A stretch of 64,000 bases of DNA from Dehalococcoidia bacterium (GTDB lineage Bacteria > Chloroflexota > Dehalococcoidia > Lucifugimonadales > UBA3495): NCBI GenBank assembly GCA_965197665.1, contig CBDANO010000003.1, positions 361,924 through 425,923 on the forward strand. Reading direction: 5' to 3'. A model generated the notes under the pieces. It was not told the DNA's origin. It made no database searches and saw only the letters and a program-made list of their open reading frames with translations. A program made the position numbers and the translations under genes. This document shows positions 47,973-55,822 of the stretch, piece after piece (within the stretch, counting starts at the first letter, position 1; each line of letters starts with the position of its first letter).

Positions 47973-48059
47973 CTTGCCCCCAAGTTGCCTGGAGTCCTGT
48001 TCTTCATGCTCGCGAAGGAGCGCATCAGCAGACTTGCCCCCACGTTGCCCGGAGTCCTG
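47973..48059. repeat. Two 27-bp direct repeats (CTTGCCCCCAAGTTGCCTGGAGTCCTG / CTTGCCCCCACGTTGCCCGGAGTCCTG), 60-bp period
   Basis: 25/27 identical, at 47973..47999 and 48033..48059. They lie 66-152 bp upstream of the tusA-like start. Confidence 0.8.
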
Positions 48060-48620
48060 ACCATGCGCTGCGGCTCAACCGGATGGTGGAGGTGAGGGGA
48101 GTATAAGACCTCGTATATTAAAGCTAAATAACGTTAGTACTGGCTCTGTACCCTTGGGTTTCCCACAAGTGTTCCCACATAAACGGTTGGACGTTGTGGG
48201 ACTTCTCGGGCACAACCCATAATCAGGTCCCTGAAGGCACTGTCCCAGGACTGAATACCGGATTTCCGCTAGGACGCCCTGATGGCATCAAAGTGTTGGG
48301 TCATGGCAGCCAGCCAAAGCGATGCAGCCTGAGGCCTGGCAAGGTTAACCGTTATGGAGCACTCAGCTAATTCCACATTGATCCTACCGAGATAACTCAT
48401 CCCGCGTCGGGAAAGCGGATTGTTGATTCACCCGCAGCCTTTGATACAAGATATCTTATCATGTTTCAAATCATGGCCACCGGCGATTCTTTTTGGCCTT
48501 GAGAGAGGGGCAACACTTCCGAAAAGGGCTCCATAACCCCTAATCGTCCAAACAGCTGGGCTGGATGGAAAAACAAGCTTGCTTAACGGTCGGTTCGAAC
48601 CCTCTTAGGTGGGCTTACTC

Positions 48621-49400
48621 CTACGGTTCTTCCACAAGTTGTAGGTTGCACGCTGCCGCAGCGCTGAAGAATGCCATCGGTGGGCCTGCATCGTCGGGTT
48701 GCAGCGCTGCGGCCACTCCTTCAGGTCCACCCAACTCGTCCATCACGCATTCCAGGCCTTCCCGGTCGTCAGGACCAAAGCCCAACGAGGGACCGGCAGC
48801 CTGCCACTCCTCTTCGTTCAGGCAGGATAGCGTCACCAGGAAGCCGGCCATACTGCCTACCATGGCCGCTGCCTCGTCGGACTCCCCGGACGTGGCAAGC
48901 ATAATGGCGCGAAGGTCGAAGTCCTCGAATCCACTGCGAACGCACGCCGAGGTCTCCCCGCTCAGCGGCCCGGTCTGACCGGTCAGTCCGGTCAGGAACA
49001 GCCTCAGCAACGTCTCTTGCTCCAGGCATTGGAATAATTCCGCAGCCTCCTCGGGCGAGACAAGGTCTGGGCCGTCCTCCGGCGCCATGAGCCGCTGGAG
49101 GTCAACGTTCTCCGGGAGGCAGGACTGCTCGACGGCCGATAGCTCGGACAGGAACACCTGCGGGTCCTCTAGGTTAAGGGGAAGGATCGCTCCGGACCCT
49201 GGAGCGGGTTTCGGTGCTGCCTCTGTCGGCAGGGGAGTGGTCGTGGGGGCCGGCGTTGGGGTTGGAGCGGGTGTGGGAGTAGGCGCCGGGGTAGAGGTCG
49301 GAACTGGTACAGTGGTTGAAGTCGGTGTCGGTGTCGGGCTGGAACAGGCTAACACCGAGGCCAGTACCAGAAAGATTGCGCAAGACAGGACTTTCAACAT
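48621..49400 (-). CDS. Putative lipoprotein with a Pro/Thr-rich linker
   Basis: From ATG 49400 the protein reads MLKVLSCAIFLVLASVLAC (signal peptide plus lipobox-like Cys). This is followed by a (TP/AP)n linker of about 45 aa and an acidic domain. Confidence 0.6.
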   Translation of the reverse strand: MLKVLSCAIFLVLASVLACSSPTPTPTSTTVPVPTSTPAPTPTPAPTPTPAPTTTPLPTEAAPKPAPGSGAILPLNLEDPQVFLSELSAVEQSCLPENVDLQRLMAPEDGPDLVSPEEAAELFQCLEQETLLRLFLTGLTGQTGPLSGETSACVRSGFEDFDLRAIMLATSGESDEAAAMVGSMAGFLVTLSCLNEEEWQAAGPSLGFGPDDREGLECVMDELGGPEGVAAALQPDDAGPPMAFFSAAAACNLQLVEEP

Positions 49401-49675
49401 CAAAGCATCACCACCCCTGAGACTAGGCAACCTCCACCTAGTTGGGCGTGGCCGCCACTCCACCGATTGTATCTCAGAGCACCAGGACCAGACCCTCGAA
49501 ACGCGGGCGAGATTCCAACAGTTCCAGCAAGGCTCGAGCCTTTCCAGGAATGCGGAGCAGCAAGAATAACCGGCCTGAGTTAGTCCTGCTGATTGACGAC
49601 AATAAGGGATGCCGGTAGCGTCGACTATTTTTGCCGGTTTAGATGAGGTAAACCCTCCGGCACGGAGGTGCCGGA

Positions 49676-51178
49676 TTGATCAAAGACCGACAAGTCAGGC
49701 TACTGAGGCAGAAACTTATGAAAGGAAAGACACAGGAGACGGCGGCGGCCATGGCTGGGATGAGCGTGCGATCGGCGCGCAAGTGGCAGAGCGGCCCGTT
49801 GCCGTCGGAGACCAGGCAGGATCGCTGGTGGCGCACCCGGCCCGACCCCTTCGACGGGATTTGGGAGGAGGAGATTGAGCCCCTGTTGCAAGGTGATCCA
49901 GCGGGCAGGCTGAAAGCAACGACAATTATCGAATGGTTGGAGGAGCGGCATCCCGGCCGGTTCAGCGCCTCGCAACTGCGTACCCTGCAACGACGACTAC
50001 AGGACTGGCGAGCGCTGAACGGTCCCGATCAGGAGGTGTACTTCCCCCAGGAGCATCCGCCGGGCCGGGAAGCCCAGTTCGACTTCACTCACTGCAATGC
50101 CCTGGGCGTGACCGTCGCCGGCCAGCTCTATCCCCACCTGCTGTTCCAAATGATTCTCAGCCACTCGGGGTGGCGTTACGCCGAGGTCGCCACCGGCGAG
50201 ACCTTCCTGGCATTGCAGCAGGGACTGCAGTCCGCCCTCTGGGCTTTGGGCGGTGTACCGGAGGTGGTGCGCAGCGACAATACGTCTGCCGCCACCCACG
50301 AAATGCGCCGCAGCCGCGGCCGCGCACTAAACGACAATTACGCCGCCCTCCTGGACCACTACGGCCTGCGCTCCACCCGCATCAATCGTGGCCAGAGCCA
50401 TGAAAACGGCATAGCCGAGCAGGGACATTATCGCCTCAAGGATGCCGTGGACCAGGCCCTCATCCTGCGCGGCAGCCGCGATTTCCACACCGCCGACGAT
50501 TACGCCGGTTTCGTCCAGCAGATGGTCGAGAAGCGCAATCGCCTGGTGAAGGGGAAGCTGGAGCAGGAAATGGCTTGCCTACGGCCCCTGCCGCCAGCTC
50601 CCATGCCGGAATACGTCAACTACCAGTCCAGGGTGCGCAAGTGGAGCACCATCCAGGTAGCGGGACATAGCTACAGCGTCCCATCCCGTCTCATCGGCAA
50701 GGAAGTGCAGATCCGTCTGTACTCCGACTGGGTGGAAGTGTACTACAAGAGCCACCTGGTGGAGGGCATGTCGCGGGTGCGTGGCGAAGGGGAGTCCAAC
50801 GTCAATTACCGCCACGTCATCGGCTCGCTGGTGCGCAAGCCCGGGGCCTTCGCTCGCTACCGCTTCCGGGAGCAGCTGTTTCCCACCATGCCCTTCCGGC
50901 TGGCCTACGACGCACTAAAGGAGTGGCGTGGCGAGCGTGCCGACGTGGAGTACGTGCGTATCCTGCAGCTGGCGGCCACGACCATGGAAGCCACGGTGGA
51001 CAGCGCGCTGTCGTTGCTGCTGGAGGCGGGTGAGCCCTTCGACTACACCCAGGTCCGGGACCTGGCCGAGCCGAAGCCTCCCGAGGCCCCGGCGCTGGCC
51101 TGGTCCGGGCAGCCGGACCTGAAAATCTACGACGGCCTGCTCACGAGCAGTCTGTCAGTGGCGGCGGTGGGTGGATGA
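49676..51178 (+). CDS. istA: IS21-family transposase IstA
   Basis: 500-aa ORF with an N-terminal HTH and a DDE integrase core. Layout is typical: it overlaps istB by 4 nt (ATGA). Confidence 0.9.
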   Translation: MIKDRQVRLLRQKLMKGKTQETAAAMAGMSVRSARKWQSGPLPSETRQDRWWRTRPDPFDGIWEEEIEPLLQGDPAGRLKATTIIEWLEERHPGRFSASQLRTLQRRLQDWRALNGPDQEVYFPQEHPPGREAQFDFTHCNALGVTVAGQLYPHLLFQMILSHSGWRYAEVATGETFLALQQGLQSALWALGGVPEVVRSDNTSAATHEMRRSRGRALNDNYAALLDHYGLRSTRINRGQSHENGIAEQGHYRLKDAVDQALILRGSRDFHTADDYAGFVQQMVEKRNRLVKGKLEQEMACLRPLPPAPMPEYVNYQSRVRKWSTIQVAGHSYSVPSRLIGKEVQIRLYSDWVEVYYKSHLVEGMSRVRGEGESNVNYRHVIGSLVRKPGAFARYRFREQLFPTMPFRLAYDALKEWRGERADVEYVRILQLAATTMEATVDSALSLLLEAGEPFDYTQVRDLAEPKPPEAPALAWSGQPDLKIYDGLLTSSLSVAAVGG

Positions 51179-51957
51179 TGAACACCGACACCCGCGTCGT
51201 GCAGGAACGCATCGGCCAGCTGTGCCACCAATTCAAGCTGCCCACGGTGGCGGCGGAAACCACTTCGCGTTTCACCGAGGCAGGCCACGGCGACGCCCTG
51301 CCCACCCTGCTTGAGGTGTTGGAGCAGGAAGCCGAGGATCGCCGCCAGCGACGCATCATCCGGCTGCTTCGGGAATCCAGGCTGCCTTTGGGCAAGACCT
51401 GGGAGACCTTCGAGCACCACCGGATGCCCTTGGCGCTGCGCCAGCAACTGGACCATCTGGCCCAGGGCAGTTTCGTGGAGCACGGCGTCAACGTCCTGGC
51501 CTTCGGATTGCCCGGCACCGGCAAGACCCATGCCCTGTGCGCCCTGGGCCACCGGCTGGTGGAAGCCGGCCACTCCGTCCTCTTTGCCCCAGCCTACCGC
51601 TTGGTGCAGGAACTCCTCGCCGCCAAGCGAGACCTGGACCTGCCCCGCCGGCTCCGCAGGCTGGACAACTTCGACTTCCTGCTCCTGGACGACCTGGGCT
51701 ATCTGCCCCAGGGGGCCGAGGAGTCCGAGGTGCTCTTCACCCTCATCGCCGAGCGCTACGAACGGAGGTCCCTGGGCATAACGTCAAACCTGGTCTTCTC
51801 CGAGTGGGAGCGCATCTTTGCCAACCCCATGGCCACCGCCGCGGCCATCGACCGGGTGGTGCACCACTCCGTCATCCTCGAGTTTGACGTCCCCAGCTAC
51901 CGGACTGATGCAGCCCAGCAACGGGGACAACCACAGGAGGTGAACCGGCAAAACTAA
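51175..51957 (+). CDS. istB: IS21-family ATP-binding helper IstB
   Basis: 260-aa ORF with Walker A GLPGTGKTH and Walker B FLLLDDLGY. Confidence 0.9.
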   Translation: MMNTDTRVVQERIGQLCHQFKLPTVAAETTSRFTEAGHGDALPTLLEVLEQEAEDRRQRRIIRLLRESRLPLGKTWETFEHHRMPLALRQQLDHLAQGSFVEHGVNVLAFGLPGTGKTHALCALGHRLVEAGHSVLFAPAYRLVQELLAAKRDLDLPRRLRRLDNFDFLLLDDLGYLPQGAEESEVLFTLIAERYERRSLGITSNLVFSEWERIFANPMATAAAIDRVVHHSVILEFDVPSYRTDAAQQRGQPQEVNRQN

Positions 51958-52110
51958 TCGACGACTATTCGGCACAAATAGTTGACGCGGGACACCTGCG
52001 GAGGGCGAAGTCGCGGACATAAAGCTTTATCCTCCGGGAAGTTTGGTAAAGGGGACTTGGAGGTGAAAGATAATAAGACCGGGGAAACCGGAGGAGTGAG
52101 GTGGACCCAG

Positions 52111-53050
52111 TCAGTTGGACAGAATTAAGGCGGAGTTAAGTGAGGGTCCCGCCGCTCCCGCATAAGATACCACGTCTGCTTCCGGCGACCACCTCCCAAC
52201 TGTTGACTCTTCATTTTGGGGCTCCCGGCCCTCAGAGAACACTTCCCCCGGCGTCCTATATCCCAAGGCCTGATGAGGCCTCTGGTCATTATAGAACCGG
52301 AAGTAAGCTCCCAGTTCCCTCCGGGCCTCCCCCGCGCTGGCGTAGGCTTTCAGGTACACCTCCTCGTACTTCACCGTGCGCCACAGCCGCTCGACGAAGA
52401 TGTTGTCCGCGTACCTCCCCTTCCCGTCCATGCTGATCTTCACACCGCGGTCCTGAAGGACCTGGGTGAATTCCTGGCTGGTGAACTGGCTCCCTTGGTC
52501 GGTGTTGAACACCTCCGGCCTTCCCCTCTCCATCGCCTCGATCAGAGCCTCGGCGCAGAAGCCGGCCTCCAGGGTGTTGGACAGACGCCAGGACAGGACA
52601 TACCGGCTGTGCCAGTCCATGACGGCCACCAGGTAGAGGAATCCCCGGGCCATGGGCAGGTAGGTGATATCGGCGGCCCACACCTGGTTGGGTCTGGTGA
52701 TTGCGGCCTTCCCCAACAGATAGGGATAGACCCGCACTCCCGGCGCCGGTCGGCTGGTTCTGGGTCGCCGGTAGATGGCCCTCAGTCCCATGACCCGCAT
52801 CAGCCGCTGCACCCGCTTCCGGCTCACCTGCTTGCCCTGCCGCTCCAGCCAGACCTTCATCCGCCTAGACCCATAGAAGGGGGTCTCCAGGTACTGCCGG
52901 TCCATCTCCCGCATCAGCGGCCCGCTTCCGAAGCCCCCTGGGGACGGTAGTAGATGCTGGAGCGGCTCACCCCCAGCAGGGCGCATTGCCCCACTATCGG
53001 CAACGAGGGATGCTCCCGGTCCACCATCTCCCGCCGCCGGGCCGGGTTCA
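52111..53050 (-). pseudogene. IS3-family transposase OrfB (DDE integrase core) with an internal frameshift
   Basis: ATG 53050 overlaps the orfA stop (ATGA) and reads MNPARRREMVDREHPSLPIVGQCALLGVSRSSIYYRPQGASEAGR, stopping at 52914. The integrase core (PLMREMDRQY...WAADITY...TDQGSQF) continues in another frame to 52111. Confidence 0.7.
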
Positions 53051-53332
53051 TGGACCGGACCTCTCCGCCAAGAAATCCCGCTCCACCTTCAACTGGCCGA
53101 TCTCCTGGTACAGGCGGGCGACCAGGGCAGCGTCGCTCTTGGCCTTCTGGTCCTGACCGTTGCCGAACACACCGGCGGCACCCCCGGTCAGGACCTTCTT
53201 CCAGGCTTGAATCTGCCCCGGGTGGACTTCGTGCCGGGCCGCCAGTTGGGCCACTGTCTCCTCTCCCTTCACCGCATCCAGGGCCACCCTGGCTTTGAAG
53301 GCCGGGCTGTGTTTCCTTCTTCCTTGCGCCAT
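53048..53332 (-). CDS. IS3-family transposase OrfA (HTH)
   Basis: From ATG 53332: MAQGRRKHSPAFKARVALDAVKGEETVAQLAARHEVHPGQIQAWKK, followed by a leucine-zipper-like tail. Confidence 0.8.
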   Translation of the reverse strand: MAQGRRKHSPAFKARVALDAVKGEETVAQLAARHEVHPGQIQAWKKVLTGGAAGVFGNGQDQKAKSDAALVARLYQEIGQLKVERDFLAERSGP

Positions 53333-53401
53333 GTCCTTCTCCTTCCAGACAGCAACAGCTGCCCTTAGTTTAGGAGCGGGACTCCCCACTAACCAATGTC
53401 G

Positions 53402-54796
53402 TCACGCGGCAATTGGCGCGCCAGAGGGTGCATAGGTTGTGTGTTCCGGAGCATCGGGCATGGGCACCAGCTGATAGCCCAGTTGCGCCGCCCGACGCTT
53501 TGCCGCGCGCAACGCCCGCTGCTGATATCGACGTTCGTAGTATTCGGCCCCGGCGTCCACGTACTCTTGGCCGTATCGCAGCATGGAATAGATGATGCGA
53601 GCCAGCTTGTGAGCGGTGGCAGTGATGGCCTTGGGCGCGCCCATCTGTGCCTTCTTCCGGCGCAGGAAGGCGCCCAGGGCGCTGTCGGAGTGGTGCAGCG
53701 CGTTGGCCGCCAGACGTAAGGCCGCCGACGCCCGGTTGGCGCTGGGCTTGGTCTTGGAGCTCATGACCTTGCCGCCGGTGATGCGGTTGTTTGGGCTCAA
53801 CCCCAACCAGGACGCAAAGTGCTTCGCACTCGTCCATTTCGTCATGTCGGTGCCAATCTCACTCACCACCTTGAACGCGGTGTAGGCATCCACACCGTCG
53901 ATCTGGGTCAGGTCAACCCCCGTCATACAGTACAGGTGCGTCCAAACGTCGAAGCGTGGCGCGTTTCCCTTGCTGCGTCTCCGGCCGGACTTCGCCGCTG
54001 GAAGATCACCATTGCTGTGACCCTCAAACCGCTCCAGCTGGGCTTCAATCTCCCGGTCGCACTCGGCAATCTTATCCTGATAGAACCGGTACAGCTCCAG
54101 GGCCTGGGTCAGCTCGAAGATGTGCTCTTCCCGCCAGTGGCCTTGCAGCGACTTGGCGATGGTTGCCTCGTCGGCCTTGATCCTGGGGTCGCGCAATAGC
54201 GCCAGTTGTCGCGGGTCCCGTTGGCCGCCCACGATGGCTTCGATGATGTCCAGGCCGGTCTTGCCCGTGATGTCGCTGATGACGTGGTGGAGCTTCACGT
54301 TCATCTGGGTCAGCGCCTTCTGCATGTGCTGGACGTGATGAGAGGCGTACTGCACCAGCATGGCCCGCTGCCGCAGGTAGCTGCGCAGGCGGCGTATATC
54401 CTCGTTCGGCCGAAAGGCCCCGGAGAGCAGCCCGTAGGTGTGCAGCTGTTGCAGCCACTGGCAGTCCAGAACGTCGGTCTTGCGGCCGGGCACGTTCTTG
54501 ATGCGCCGGGGGTCCACCAGCATCACCTGGAAGCCCCGTTCTTCCAGCACTCCGAACAACGGTATCCAGTACACGCCGGTGGACTCCATAACCACGATCT
54601 CCACACCACACTCGGCCAGCCAGTCCGCCAAACGGTACAGGTCCGCCGTGAAAGCCTCAAACTCTTGCACCGGCTGTTCCGAGCGATTAACGGGAACCGC
54701 CACGAAATGGCTGGTGGCGCCCACGTCGATGCCCGCCGCGTTCAGGTTCAACTGGGATAGCTCCGCCGGATTCGTGCTGATCTTGCCTCTCTTCAT
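53402..54796 (-). CDS. IS110-family (DEDD) transposase/recombinase
   Basis: From ATG 54796: NAAGIDVGATSHFVAV...VVMESTGVYWIPL. The C-terminal domain reads LTQIDGVD...SWLGLSPNNRITGGK. Confidence 0.85.
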   Translation of the reverse strand: MKRGKISTNPAELSQLNLNAAGIDVGATSHFVAVPVNRSEQPVQEFEAFTADLYRLADWLAECGVEIVVMESTGVYWIPLFGVLEERGFQVMLVDPRRIKNVPGRKTDVLDCQWLQQLHTYGLLSGAFRPNEDIRRLRSYLRQRAMLVQYASHHVQHMQKALTQMNVKLHHVISDITGKTGLDIIEAIVGGQRDPRQLALLRDPRIKADEATIAKSLQGHWREEHIFELTQALELYRFYQDKIAECDREIEAQLERFEGHSNGDLPAAKSGRRRSKGNAPRFDVWTHLYCMTGVDLTQIDGVDAYTAFKVVSEIGTDMTKWTSAKHFASWLGLSPNNRITGGKVMSSKTKPSANRASAALRLAANALHHSDSALGAFLRRKKAQMGAPKAITATAHKLARIIYSMLRYGQEYVDAGAEYYERRYQQRALRAAKRRAAQLGYQLVPMPDAPEHTTYAPSGAPIAA

Positions 54797-55095
54797 CGCC
54801 CCTCCGCCATTGCCGTGTAGGCCCATCGCCGGAGGGAGTCGCGAACTGTAGACAATCTCCCCAACGGGATCGCCCTGACCGGGGCGTCACCAATGATGCC
54901 GTCGCAAGTCTCCCAGACCATGCTCTCACCCGGGCAATGCGCACCAGTGTCCACTCGGCCTCAATCCGGACGACAGGCCTCATCGGGAGCCTACACCACT
55001 GGCGGGACTATCTGGTTAGTCGCCTCTGCACGGCCCGGATACGGGCATAACATTGCTCTCTCACTTAGCCACCTGTCCAGTTTTCCGGGTCCACC
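54797..55095 (-). ncRNA. Candidate IS110 5' non-coding RNA (bridge-RNA-like) region
   Basis: Call rests on position only: a 299-bp ORF-free segment directly upstream of the IS110 recombinase, where IS110-group elements encode their guide RNA. Confidence 0.3.
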
Positions 55096-55728
<633 letters not shown>

Positions 55729-55822
55729 TCACATCGTCCAGTGTCCTGTAAAATCTCCGATGGACGCAAGGATTTCCCATTGTGAAAGCCAGTGACAGCA
55801 AGGATGCTGGCGTGAGGATTCA

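Larger units (their letters stand above)
49610..51994 (+). mobile_element. IS21-family insertion sequence (istA-istB)
   Basis: The left end TGCCGGTAGCGTCGACTATTTTTGCCG matches the reverse complement of the right end, TGTCCCGCGTCAACTATTTGTGCCG. A second TGTCCGCGAC copy ends at 52019, so the right boundary is uncertain by about 25 bp. No target duplication was recognised. Confidence 0.8.
52097..53392 (-). mobile_element. IS3-family insertion sequence (about 1.3 kb)
   Basis: orfA and orfB are flanked by imperfect terminal repeats. These are TGAGGTGGACCCAGTC...ATTAAGG at 52097 and TTAGTGGGGAGTC...ACTAAGG (reverse complement) ending near 53392-53395. Confidence 0.7.
53396..55095 (-). mobile_element. 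IS110-family element (boundaries uncertain; 3' end abutted or interrupted by the IS3)
   Basis: The transposase gene is preceded by 299 bp of non-coding 5' sequence. Only 6-9 bp separate its stop from the IS3 terminus. Confidence 0.5.

Noticed and set aside
47973-48059. Calling the 27-bp direct repeats a CRISPR array.
   Set aside because: There are only two units, no similarity to the I-E-type repeat and no hairpin-forming palindrome typical of the local system. They are reported as a plain direct repeat instead.
48592-48602. GGTTCGAACCC (T-loop-like) as a tRNA gene or tRNA-derived att site.
   Set aside because: The flanking bases cannot form a T stem (GTCGG versus CCTCT) or any acceptor stem. 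Only 9 nt are shared with tRNA-Glu.
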